DNA from: a virus
DNA: 64,000 nucleotides
IMG/VR virus record: IMGVR_UViG_3300023174_006137
Coordinates: 1-64,000 of that record
Direction: 5' to 3' (one strand)
The notes beneath the pieces were generated by a model that saw only the letters and a list, made by a program, of their open reading frames with translations, was not told the DNA's origin and did not search any database. Of this stretch, positions 1 through 8,975 are shown in pieces. Made by a program: the position numbers and the translations under genes. Numbering within the stretch: position 1 is the stretch's first letter; each line of letters opens with the position of its first letter.

Positions 1-107
1 CACCAAATACTAAAAAATTCTTGAAGCAATTTAAGGATGTGTTGTTGAAAACAAAAGGTATCAACGAGAAAAACACAACTAATTTGGCAGTTAAGCCGAA
101 AAAATAA
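1..107 (+). CDS. 3' end of a gene entering from the left edge (partial)
   Basis: Open frame from position 3 (PNTKKFLKQFKDVLLKTKGINEKNTTNLAVKPKK) ending TAA at 105-107. Confidence 0.5.
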   Translation, partial: PNTKKFLKQFKDVLLKTKGINEKNTTNLAVKPKK

Positions 108-135
108 TAATTAAAGTTAGAAAAGGAAATCCAGA

Positions 136-363
136 GTGTTTTTAAATATCAAAATGAAAGTCATAAATGAGTTTGGAACATTTGAGTCTGAAATCATTGA
201 AATACCTGAAGATAGGTATGATGAATTAATTTTGTTGTCAAAAACATTCTGGATGACTGATTCTTGTTTTAATTTAACAACTGAAACTGGTGAAATATTT
301 TTTCCACCTGAAATTATTAATAAATCAATTTTAGTTATAGATAAAATTGAAAAAAAAATATAA
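136..363 (+). CDS. hypothetical protein
   Basis: 75 aa ORF in a co-directional run; ATG at 154 is an alternative start. Confidence 0.6.
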   Translation: MFLNIKMKVINEFGTFESEIIEIPEDRYDELILLSKTFWMTDSCFNLTTETGEIFFPPEIINKSILVIDKIEKKI

Positions 364-368
364 TTAAA

Positions 369-1064
369 ATGGAACAATTAAAAGAAAAAGAAATGAAGAT
401 TGTAAATCCGAGGGGTAGATTTAAAAAATTTGGTGGCGAAAAAATCAATGACATTATCGAATATATAAAAGATTATGTTGCTGAAAATCCAAATGTGACT
501 ATTTCTCTTGGTTGTGATTCAGTTCAAAGAAGGAAAAAAACAGTTTATGCTTTTACTTTAATGTTTTATTCAATTTCCATTAAAAATGGCGCACATGTAG
601 TCTATTTTAGGGAAAACATTACAAAAATTAGAGATAATAATGACCGTTTATCAAGAGAGGCAATTTATATTCATGAAATTGCTGAATGGTTAGATTCAGA
701 AATATCTAAATTTTTTGTTAGACAAGATTTAACAGACTTAGAACAAAAAAGATATAAATTTCATTTGGCTAAATGTAATGGAGAATTTGCTCATGTAAGA
801 CCAGAAAATGAAGATGTAGTTATGCAAAACCTTACTTTAACTGATGCTGATAAAGAACAGGCAAAACAATTTAAATCTATTGATTTGCATTTAGATTACA
901 ATCCATTTGAAGGTAAAATAGATAACAGAGGATTTGCGAAAAATAAATCTTATACTGCTTTTAAAGCTTTTACGCCTTGGTTAAAAGGTTTAAATTATAG
1001 AGTGTTTGTCAAATCGTCATCACCAGCCGCAGCCTCAGCCGCAGACCTTTTATTAAAAAATTAA
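369..1064 (+). CDS. RNase H-like YkuK-family protein
   Basis: Motifs ISLGCDSVQ, GAHVVY, RLSREA, LHLDYN and C-terminal SPAAASAAD typical of the YkuK family. Confidence 0.75.
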   Translation: MEQLKEKEMKIVNPRGRFKKFGGEKINDIIEYIKDYVAENPNVTISLGCDSVQRRKKTVYAFTLMFYSISIKNGAHVVYFRENITKIRDNNDRLSREAIYIHEIAEWLDSEISKFFVRQDLTDLEQKRYKFHLAKCNGEFAHVRPENEDVVMQNLTLTDADKEQAKQFKSIDLHLDYNPFEGKIDNRGFAKNKSYTAFKAFTPWLKGLNYRVFVKSSSPAAASAADLLLKN

Positions 1065-1097
1065 AGTCGTTCAAAAAGAACGACTTTAATTTTTTAA
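1053..1097. terminator. bidirectional intrinsic terminator
   Basis: 20-bp inverted repeat ttaaaaaattaaagtcgttc-aaaaa-gaacgactttaattttttaa between convergent genes. Confidence 0.85.
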
Positions 1098-1405
1098 TTA
1101 TTTTCATCATTATTAGGATTATTTTGGAAATACTCCATAAAATCAACTTGAATTTTTACTGCTGGATTTAATAATGGCTCAGCTAATACAACATAAGGTT
1201 TTCCAGTTTTAGCTTCTAAAAAATTATTTAATAAAGAGATTAAACTTTGTATTTCATCTTCTGTTATTATCACTGAAGCATCGCCCTCTCCATTATTTAT
1301 ATTTGCTGTTTGATCTACATGCAAAAGTAGTAGATCACCACGGAATCTATCTCTAACCATTTTGATTTCAATTAACCCACCTGATGAAGTATTTATACTA
1401 AACAT
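1094..1405 (-). CDS. hypothetical protein
   Basis: Start moved to ATG 1405 (MFSINTSSGG), downstream of a TTATATATA motif; avoids overlap with the cca gene. Confidence 0.6.
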   Translation of the reverse strand: MFSINTSSGGLIEIKMVRDRFRGDLLLLHVDQTANINNGEGDASVIITEDEIQSLISLLNNFLEAKTGKPYVVLAEPLLNPAVKIQVDFMEYFQNNPNNDENN

Positions 1406-1437
1406 TCTTATTTTTTCTTTTATATATAAAAAATAAT

Positions 1438-1469
1438 TTTGTAATTTAACAAAAAAAATTGTATTTTTG
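1438..1469 (+). promoter_or_regulatory. Bacteroidota sigma70-type promoter (-33 TTTG / -7 TATTTTTG)
   Basis: TTTG 1438-1441, 20-nt spacer, TAnnTTTG 1462-1469, 14 nt before the ATG at 1484. Confidence 0.75.
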
Positions 1470-1483
1470 TGAAAAATTAGCTT

Positions 1484-2596
1484 ATGTGGGAAATTATACC
1501 CAATTCGATAAAACAATTACATAAAATTTTCAAAGAAAATAATAAATCATTATTTCTCGTTGGTGGTTCAGTTCGTGACTATTTGAATAATGAAATACCA
1601 AAAGATTTTGATTTAGCAACTGATGCTACACCAGATGAAGTTTTAGAAATAACTAATGGGTTTAAATCTAACCTTCAAGGTAAAGCATTTGGAGTTATTG
1701 TTGTCAGAACAACAGATGGTGATTTCGAAATCGCAACTTTCAGAGAAGATGTATATAATGATAAACTTGGCGAAACAAGAAATCCAGATGTCAAGTTTAC
1801 TACAATAGATAAAGATGTTTTAAGAAGGGATTTAACATTTAATGCTTTATTTTATGATTTAGATAAACAAGAAATAATAGATTTAGTTGGTGGAGTTGAC
1901 GATATGAAAAATCATATAGCAAGATTTGTAGGTGAGCCAACTCAAAGAATTATTGAAGATCCTTTAAGAATACTTCGTATATTAAGATTTTCCGAAAGAT
2001 ATGGTTTTACAATAGAAAAAAATTCTGGAAGTGCAATTATAGATAATGTTGAAAAATTATCAATAATAACTAAAGAAAGAATATGGGAAGAAATTGTTAA
2101 AGCATATAAACAATCTAAAAATTTTTACAACTATATTTGGAATTTAATTGGTTATAACATTGCAGACGAAATATTCAAAGGACTTTATATTCCAAAAACT
2201 CATATTAAGAAAAATGTAAGTTTAGAAATGCATTTTTCTTATCTTTTTATGGAAAATAATTCACTTGGATTATTAGATAAAATGAAATTTGAATTTAAAA
2301 TGCCACACGATTTTTCTAGAAAAGTTGTTTTTCTTTTAGATTTGATTAATTTAACATCCGAAAAGGCAATTGAACTTTATAAAAAAAGAGCTATAATTGA
2401 TGTTTCAGACGAAGAATTATTAATTTGGTATGAACTTGCAATGTTGCATAAAAATGAACATAAAGCTTTTATTAAATATAAACCAACCGCTAATCCTGAA
2501 GAATTGATGCAAAATGGATTTGCTGGTAAAGCTTTAGGTTATGAAATAACTAGAATTAATTTAGAGACTTTTAATAAAATAAAAAATGAAATATAG
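1484..2596 (+). CDS. cca: class II tRNA nucleotidyltransferase (CCA-adding enzyme / poly(A) polymerase family)
   Basis: LVGGSVRD, KDFDLAT, EIATFR, RRDLTFNAL, EDPLRILR, ERIWEE motifs. Confidence 0.9.
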   Translation: MWEIIPNSIKQLHKIFKENNKSLFLVGGSVRDYLNNEIPKDFDLATDATPDEVLEITNGFKSNLQGKAFGVIVVRTTDGDFEIATFREDVYNDKLGETRNPDVKFTTIDKDVLRRDLTFNALFYDLDKQEIIDLVGGVDDMKNHIARFVGEPTQRIIEDPLRILRILRFSERYGFTIEKNSGSAIIDNVEKLSIITKERIWEEIVKAYKQSKNFYNYIWNLIGYNIADEIFKGLYIPKTHIKKNVSLEMHFSYLFMENNSLGLLDKMKFEFKMPHDFSRKVVFLLDLINLTSEKAIELYKKRAIIDVSDEELLIWYELAMLHKNEHKAFIKYKPTANPEELMQNGFAGKALGYEITRINLETFNKIKNEI

Positions 2597-3398
2597 AGAA
2601 ATTAAAGAAAAACTTGATGCAAAAGGATTTAAGTATTCAGGATGTCAAACTGATTATGAATTGCCTATGGTGCATTTTGATCACCCAAAAATTAAAAGTG
2701 ATAATTGGGGCATTACTATTCGTTTTGACAGTGATATAAATATTAATAATTTTGTTGAAGATGAAGATGAAGAATATTCTTTAATAGAAGGATGGATATT
2801 AGATGTAGATGTATTATCAGTTGAATTTGGTTATAATGTTAGTATTTCTTTTATGTCAGAAGGCATGATTCCAACAAGCGGAGAAGATGAAGAAAACATT
2901 ATAATTTTATATAAAGAAGATTTAAAATTATTTGATAAAGTTTTAGAAATAGTTTGCGATCCATATGCTTCATTAAACTTTGCTACCGAATATGCTGAAA
3001 ATGTAAATAAATTTATGGCATGGGTTAATAAATTTATTCCTTCTTTTGAAAAACTTAAATTAACACATTATCCTTATCGTGCTAATGGAGATTCTAATGT
3101 CTTATATTCTTCAATTGGAATAAAATTTGAATTAAATTCATATTCAGGAATATGGTTTGAAATGAGTGTATTAAATTGGAATATGACTGGTCATATTAAA
3201 CTTGCTCCTGGTTATTGCGGACATGATTCGGCATATTTTAACGAAACAACATCTGTTGTAGATTTTAGAGCTGAAGTTGGTAGACAATGGCAAGAACATC
3301 TTTGGTATAAAGAAAAAATGAAAAATGTCTATTCAATAGGTGGTAATGGTGAAGTTACATTAATAAATGGTAAAAAAGTTCGTTATGAAGATTTATAA
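2586..3398 (+). CDS. hypothetical protein
   Basis: 270 aa ORF overlapping both neighbours. Confidence 0.7.
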   Translation: MKYREIKEKLDAKGFKYSGCQTDYELPMVHFDHPKIKSDNWGITIRFDSDININNFVEDEDEEYSLIEGWILDVDVLSVEFGYNVSISFMSEGMIPTSGEDEENIIILYKEDLKLFDKVLEIVCDPYASLNFATEYAENVNKFMAWVNKFIPSFEKLKLTHYPYRANGDSNVLYSSIGIKFELNSYSGIWFEMSVLNWNMTGHIKLAPGYCGHDSAYFNETTSVVDFRAEVGRQWQEHLWYKEKMKNVYSIGGNGEVTLINGKKVRYEDL

Positions 3399-3918
3399 TA
3401 AAACTTGTGTCATATATCATGGTCGTGGATCTAAACCAGCTTTATCAAGAACTATAATTTTAAATAAAATGGGGTTTGATGTTATTTCAGATTTTTTTGA
3501 TTATGATGCGGAATGGAATTTAGATCATGGAAAAACTTTGTTTGAAACACAATTAAACAAAATTAAAGACATTGATTTAATTTTAGGTATATCATATGGT
3601 GGCTATCTTGGTTATCAATTATCAAAAGCAACTGGTAAAGATTTGATTTTGATAAATCCTGCAATCGATAGGGCAAAATCAGAATCAATAATTAAAGATT
3701 TTGATATACCTTATTATAATAAGGAATCTAATATTGAGATTTTTTTTGGTGAACATGATACTTCTGTTCCAAAAGAATATGCACAAGATTACTTAAAAGC
3801 AAAAGGTGAACAATATAATTTCTGGATTGTTAAAGATATGGCACATCGTGTTCCAGACAATTATTTCAAATATATTACTCAAAATAGTAAATTAATTAAT
3901 TATGAAAAGGTTAAATAA
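3385..3918 (+). CDS. alpha/beta hydrolase (YqiA/YcfP-like esterase)
   Basis: YHG oxyanion motif, nucleophile elbow GISYGG, LINPA, Asp (HDTSV) and His (MAHRV). Confidence 0.75.
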   Translation: MKIYNKTCVIYHGRGSKPALSRTIILNKMGFDVISDFFDYDAEWNLDHGKTLFETQLNKIKDIDLILGISYGGYLGYQLSKATGKDLILINPAIDRAKSESIIKDFDIPYYNKESNIEIFFGEHDTSVPKEYAQDYLKAKGEQYNFWIVKDMAHRVPDNYFKYITQNSKLINYEKVK

Positions 3919-4438
3919 AACTTGTATATTTTACCACGGTTTAGGTGGTGAACCAATCTCTTGGATAAAAGAAATGATGAACGAAAAAGGATTTTATGTA
4001 GTTCAAGACCATATTGATTTCTATAAAGAATGGTTCAAAGATAAAGGAAAATCTTTGATGGAAAAACAATTTAAAAAAGCGGAAAAAGCTGATTTAATTA
4101 TGGGTCTTTCTTTTGGTGGACATCCAGCCTATCTTTCAGCAAAACATGCTTCAACTAATCTTTTATTGATTAATCCAGCAGTAAATCGTAAAAGAAGTAA
4201 AGTTGGTATAGGTTCATATACTGCGCCTATTAATGATAATAAAATTGATATAGAAGTTTACTTTGGACAATTTGATCAGGTTGTTCCAAAAGCATATACC
4301 CAAGAATTTTTCCACAATACAGGCGAGGAATATAATGCTTGGATCATAAATTATATGCAACATGGTATATCTAATTTAGATTTTCAAGTTATAATCGAAC
4401 ATAGCCCAATTATTAAAAAACTTTGTGAAAAAATTTAA
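3902..4438 (+). CDS. alpha/beta hydrolase (YqiA/YcfP-like), paralog of the preceding gene
   Basis: YHGLGG, GLSFGG, LINPA, FDQVVP, MQHG. Confidence 0.75.
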   Translation: MKRLNKTCIFYHGLGGEPISWIKEMMNEKGFYVVQDHIDFYKEWFKDKGKSLMEKQFKKAEKADLIMGLSFGGHPAYLSAKHASTNLLLINPAVNRKRSKVGIGSYTAPINDNKIDIEVYFGQFDQVVPKAYTQEFFHNTGEEYNAWIINYMQHGISNLDFQVIIEHSPIIKKLCEKI

Positions 4439-4439
4439 A

Positions 4440-5072
4440 ATGCGTATCTTAATAACTGCCGGCACAACACACGAACATATTGATCCAGTTCGTTTCATCT
4501 CAAACGCATCCTCTGGATTACAAGGTGTTTTATTAGCTAAAAACGCTATTTCAAGAGGACATGAAGTTATTTTAATTATTGGGCCAAATTCTTTGAATTT
4601 TAATTCACAAGATCCTAAATTAAAAATAATCAATATAGTTTCGGCAGAAGATATGTATAATGCAGCTATGGAACATTTCCTATTATGTGATGCTGCAATT
4701 TGTGCCGCAGCAGTTGGTGATTATCGTGTGAAAAATATAGCAACTGAAAAAATAAAAAGAAATGGCGATTCTATTTTATTGGAATTAATACCAAATCCAG
4801 ATATTGCTAAATCATTAGGTGAAATAAAAACTAAACAAACTTTAATTGGATTTGCTTTAGAAACAAATAATGGAATTGAAAATGCTAAATCAAAAATAAT
4901 TAAAAAGAATTTAGATTTTATTGTTTTAAATCAAACCTCAGATGATAATCCAGCATTTGGTGCAGATACAAATATAGTATCTATAATAGACAAACAAGGA
5001 AATACTTATAATTATCCTAAATTAGATAAATCTAAAATAGCAGAAGAAATACTTAATTTATTAAATATATAA
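4440..5072 (+). CDS. coaB: phosphopantothenate--cysteine ligase (stand-alone CoaB domain)
   Basis: ILITAGTTHEHIDPVRFISNASSG, AAAVGDY, NPDI, GFALET, KKNLDFIVLN. Confidence 0.85.
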   Translation: MRILITAGTTHEHIDPVRFISNASSGLQGVLLAKNAISRGHEVILIIGPNSLNFNSQDPKLKIINIVSAEDMYNAAMEHFLLCDAAICAAAVGDYRVKNIATEKIKRNGDSILLELIPNPDIAKSLGEIKTKQTLIGFALETNNGIENAKSKIIKKNLDFIVLNQTSDDNPAFGADTNIVSIIDKQGNTYNYPKLDKSKIAEEILNLLNI

Positions 5073-5075
5073 TAC

Positions 5076-5828
5076 ATGAATGTTAGAATTGAATGGATTA
5101 AAGATATCGTTGCTAATAATTATATAGGCGTAAACATCTATAATGATGCCGTCGTGCCTTTTCTTCATAAAATGAAAGATTTTACTGGCGAAAATTATGA
5201 TGAGTTTGTTAAATATCAACAAGATAGAGATAGGAATCATTATCATTGCACCATTTTTAATGTCATGGAAACTAATAAAATCCTTAAAGATTTTAACAAT
5301 ATCAATATATTAAATAATATTATAACTGAATTTGAAGCAACCGATTTTCAAATGCTTGGACTTGGTTCGGCACAAAGAAATGAAAATAAAGCTTATTTTG
5401 TTGTATGTAGATCTGAACAATTACAGAGTATTAGAAAAAGATTTGGATTTGACGAAAAAGATTTACATATAACACTTGGATTTAAATGGAAAGATGTATT
5501 TGGTGTTTCTAAAAATGAAATACTCAAAGACAAAGAGCCTTTTAAAGAAGAATTAGCAAAATATTTTTTTGATTTTGGTGAATCTTTTGATTTCATAAAA
5601 GAATTAGATGGTTATGATTATGATTTAAATAAATCATTATATGTTACCAAAATTACAGATGATTATGCTAACTTTAGAATTGGAAATGATTTTGGAGTTT
5701 CGGATTATATAACAATTGCATATATAGGAAATAAATTAACAATTTCTTGTAAATGGCAAGATTCTGCTGAAATACCATATTTATCACATACTTTATTATT
5801 GAGGAAGTTCCAAGATTTGAAAAATTAA
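5076..5828 (+). CDS. 2H phosphoesterase domain protein (cyclic phosphodiesterase-like)
   Basis: Two HxT motifs (YHCTI and LHITLGF) about 75 aa apart. Confidence 0.7.
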   Translation: MNVRIEWIKDIVANNYIGVNIYNDAVVPFLHKMKDFTGENYDEFVKYQQDRDRNHYHCTIFNVMETNKILKDFNNINILNNIITEFEATDFQMLGLGSAQRNENKAYFVVCRSEQLQSIRKRFGFDEKDLHITLGFKWKDVFGVSKNEILKDKEPFKEELAKYFFDFGESFDFIKELDGYDYDLNKSLYVTKITDDYANFRIGNDFGVSDYITIAYIGNKLTISCKWQDSAEIPYLSHTLLLRKFQDLKN

Positions 5829-5877
5829 TAAAAACTTATTTTTACATTATGATATATAAAAATAAAAAATTAATTAA

Positions 5878-6147
5878 ATGAAATTCACGAAATTTTATTC
5901 ATTAGATGAATGTTTAGATAAAGATAAAATCATTGAAAGGTTAGATAAATTAGCGGATGATAGAAAAATTGATTATGATTATGTTGATTCTGATTTAATT
6001 AAAATCAAAGATTTATCTTTAAGTATTAAAGAAACCAAAGATTTGTCAAAGTTTTTAAGCGATAATGATGTATTAGAAGATTTTGATTTTGAGGTTGATG
6101 ATTCAGAAGAAGATTTTGATGAATATGATTCAGAAGAAGATTATTAA
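5878..6147 (+). CDS. hypothetical acidic protein
   Basis: 89 aa ORF with a D/E-rich C-terminal tail. Confidence 0.7.
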   Translation: MKFTKFYSLDECLDKDKIIERLDKLADDRKIDYDYVDSDLIKIKDLSLSIKETKDLSKFLSDNDVLEDFDFEVDDSEEDFDEYDSEEDY

Positions 6148-6175
6148 ATTTTAACATTTTTTAACAATTTTTTAT

Positions 6176-6206
6176 TTTGCTGTTCAATTTTTCTATCTTA
6201 TCTTTG
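6176..6206 (+). promoter_or_regulatory. Bacteroidota sigma70-type promoter
   Basis: TTTG 6176-6179, 19-nt spacer, TATCTTTG 6199-6206. Confidence 0.75.
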
Positions 6207-6226
6207 TAGTCTAAAAAATTAAAAGT

Positions 6227-6871
6227 ATGTCATTATTCAAAAAGGCGAAAGCATCTGCTCCAGAAAAACCTTCTAAAGCCAAAGCGGCGAAACCTCGTAT
6301 TACGGTATCAATTGCCGGATTTTTTGAAAAACTAAAGCGTCAAGCTTATCTAAAAAAAGAAATCAAATCGCTTGAAGCGGAATCTGAACTTCTTGATGAT
6401 GAAATCAAAGAAGTTGGTAAAGCTGAATGGGCTAAATTGTATGATTCTGACGGTGTTAATCCTGAATCAGTTATGATTGAGGCAAAACACAATAACGATG
6501 TTGCACAATTTATGTTACTTGTTGCTGATAAATATATCATCATCAATCAGGAACGTGCTGATTTTTTAAAAGAAACTTATGGAGAAGAAATCGTAACTTC
6601 AACCGATACTTACGAATTTGATGCCAAAATGGTTGAAAAATATGGTGAAGTTATTTCTGATCTAATTATGAATAGCGATCAAATTGCCGAAGAAGATAAA
6701 GAAAAAATCATTAAGGCAAAAGTAACAAACACCGTTGCAAAAGGCACAATTGATAAACTTAAAATCTATGCTGATAAAACTGATTGTAGTGTAGCAGATA
6801 TGATTGAAGTGGTTAAGCCAGTTACTTCAACTAAAAATGTTGAATATATTGAAGCTTCTGCGGTTTATTAA
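6227..6871 (+). CDS. hypothetical (probably early) protein
   Basis: 214 aa ORF with its own promoter and terminator; Lys/Ala-rich N-terminus. Confidence 0.75.
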   Translation: MSLFKKAKASAPEKPSKAKAAKPRITVSIAGFFEKLKRQAYLKKEIKSLEAESELLDDEIKEVGKAEWAKLYDSDGVNPESVMIEAKHNNDVAQFMLLVADKYIIINQERADFLKETYGEEIVTSTDTYEFDAKMVEKYGEVISDLIMNSDQIAEEDKEKIIKAKVTNTVAKGTIDKLKIYADKTDCSVADMIEVVKPVTSTKNVEYIEASAVY

Positions 6872-6877
6872 TCTAAT

Positions 6878-6910
6878 AACAAACCACCATCAAGTTGATG
6901 GTGGTTTGTT
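6878..6910 (+). terminator. intrinsic terminator
   Basis: 16-bp inverted repeat aacaaaccaccatcaa-g-ttgatggtggtttgtt followed by T residues. Confidence 0.85.
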
Positions 6911-6938
6911 TTCTTATATAAAAACAAAAAAACGCAAT

Positions 6939-7427
6939 ATGCACAAACCTATAAACATTAATAAACAAAAAACACCAGATCATGGTAGATTTGGGTTTCC
7001 AAGAAAATTTGATGTGCATACCGGGTTTGATCTATATTGCGAGGATGGCGAACCAGTTTATGCCATTGAAGATGGTATTGTAGTTAAAATTGATGATTTT
7101 ACAGGAGTAGGAGTTAATATGCCTTGGTGGGAAGATACACAAGCAATTTCAATTGAAGGAAAATCTGGTGTTATATTATATGGAGAAATATACCCACCTG
7201 ATTTAAAAGTTGGTGATAAAATTATTGCAGGTCAAGAAATAGCAAAAATAAAAAGAGTTCTTAAAAAAGATAAAGGATTACCAATGTCTATGTTACATAT
7301 TGAACTATATAAACATGGATATAGAGGTGATTGGGAAGTATGGAACTTAAATGAAACTAAACCTGATGTTTTGCTAAATATTGAAACCATATTATTCAAT
7401 ATATATGGAAAAGAAAATTTAATATGA
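6939..7427 (+). CDS. M23 family metallopeptidase
   Basis: HTGFD (HxxxD), PVYAIEDG, LHIELY; start at ATG 6939 after the terminator. Confidence 0.8.
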   Translation: MHKPININKQKTPDHGRFGFPRKFDVHTGFDLYCEDGEPVYAIEDGIVVKIDDFTGVGVNMPWWEDTQAISIEGKSGVILYGEIYPPDLKVGDKIIAGQEIAKIKRVLKKDKGLPMSMLHIELYKHGYRGDWEVWNLNETKPDVLLNIETILFNIYGKENLI

Positions 7428-7750
7428 TTACCGTTACAAAAGCAGCTAAAGAACAAATAAATAAACTTCAATTAGAAGCTAACCACGATGATACTTATTT
7501 CTTAAGAGTTGGAGTTAAAGGAGGTGGATGTTCTGGTTTAAGTTATGCACTTGATTTTGACAATAATCTAAAAGAAGGAGACGAAATTATTGAAGATAAT
7601 GGTGTTAAAATTGTATGTGATAAAAAATCATTACTTTATTTATTTGGAACAGAATTAGAATTTTCCGATGGTTTAAATGGCAAAGGATTTGAATTCAATA
7701 ATCCAAATGCCTCGAGAACTTGTGGTTGCGGTCAAAGTTTTTCAGTTTAA
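7424..7750 (+). CDS. iscA: A-type Fe-S cluster carrier (IscA/HesB family)
   Basis: LRVGVKGGGCSGLSY and NPNASRTCGCGQSF signature. Confidence 0.95.
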   Translation: MITVTKAAKEQINKLQLEANHDDTYFLRVGVKGGGCSGLSYALDFDNNLKEGDEIIEDNGVKIVCDKKSLLYLFGTELEFSDGLNGKGFEFNNPNASRTCGCGQSFSV

Positions 7751-7767
7751 TATCATTTTTTCTTTTA

Positions 7768-7799
7768 TTTGTCTGTTTTATTTTTTTTTATTACTTTTG
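7768..7799 (+). promoter_or_regulatory. Bacteroidota sigma70-type promoter
   Basis: TTTG 7768-7771, 20-nt spacer, TACTTTTG 7792-7799. Confidence 0.7.
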
Positions 7800-7817
7800 C
7801 TTTCAAAATTATAAAAC

Positions 7818-8975
7818 TTGAAGTATTTTATACCAACATATGATGAATGCCGCATGATTTGTGATGCAAATGAAAACTTCACTTTTTATGAAACAAAACA
7901 TATTATAAATGGATATAATATATCTATTTTTAATTATAGATTAGCCATGCCTAATCTTTTCTATAATCCAGTTCCAGATAGTTCAATTACTGCTCATGAA
8001 TTAAGAGGTCTTACATTCGTGTTTAATTCTGATGGAACTTTGTATAAAAAGTTTTTATTATTAAATAAGTTTTTTAATTTAAATCAATCAGATTGTAGCT
8101 CTTATGGTATAGTAAAAAATAAAAAGATCATAGATATAACTTTCAAAGAAGATGGTTCTTTATTATCTTTTATAGAATTACCTGATAAAACAATTGTTGC
8201 TAAAACAAAAGCTTCTTTTGAGGCTTACCAAGCTGAAAGAGCCCAAAATATATTTGAAACTAATTCAGCAATAAATAAATTAGTAACTTGGTGTGTTAAT
8301 AACAATATTGTCCCTATTTTTGAATATGTTAGCCCGACTAATCGTGTTGTTTTAATTTATGAAAAAACTGATTTAGTTTTAACTAAATTAAGAAATAATT
8401 TAACGGGTGAATATATTCCAATTAAAAGTTTACCAACCGATTTATTAGAAGGTATAACTATTGTTAAATCGTTTTCTAATTTGACATTAGATGAATTGGT
8501 TGAAAAATGTGAAACCGAAATTGGTTATGAAGGATTTGTAGTTCAATTTGAAGATGGTCAAATGATTAAGTTGAAACTATTTGATTATATTGCTTTACAT
8601 AATTTACATACAGAGGAACTTCATCGTGAGGATTATATAATTGATTTAGTTATTAATGAAAAAATAGATGATATTTTATCTCAATTGGAAGAAGGTGATG
8701 AAAGAAAAACTATGGTTTATGAAATAATTGATTTAATTGATAGTCACATCAAACGGATTTCTCATGAAACTACCAATCTTATAAAGAAATATAATGGTAG
8801 CAAAAAAGATTTTGCTATTAATTATAGAAAACATCCTTATTTTTTCATTGCTATCAAAGTAATTAATGGTGAAGATTTAATCTCTGTTATTAAAAAATTG
8901 ATATTAAAAGATACTTATTTTTTAAATGACGCCCGTAATTGGATTAATAATGAAAAACTTTATAAACAAAATTAA
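7818..8975 (+). CDS. T4 Rnl1-like RNA ligase
   Basis: ELRG, KFFNLNQ, motif I KEDGSL, FEYVSPTNRVV, EGFVV, MIKLK; TTG start. Confidence 0.85.
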   Translation: MKYFIPTYDECRMICDANENFTFYETKHIINGYNISIFNYRLAMPNLFYNPVPDSSITAHELRGLTFVFNSDGTLYKKFLLLNKFFNLNQSDCSSYGIVKNKKIIDITFKEDGSLLSFIELPDKTIVAKTKASFEAYQAERAQNIFETNSAINKLVTWCVNNNIVPIFEYVSPTNRVVLIYEKTDLVLTKLRNNLTGEYIPIKSLPTDLLEGITIVKSFSNLTLDELVEKCETEIGYEGFVVQFEDGQMIKLKLFDYIALHNLHTEELHREDYIIDLVINEKIDDILSQLEEGDERKTMVYEIIDLIDSHIKRISHETTNLIKKYNGSKKDFAINYRKHPYFFIAIKVINGEDLISVIKKLILKDTYFLNDARNWINNEKLYKQN

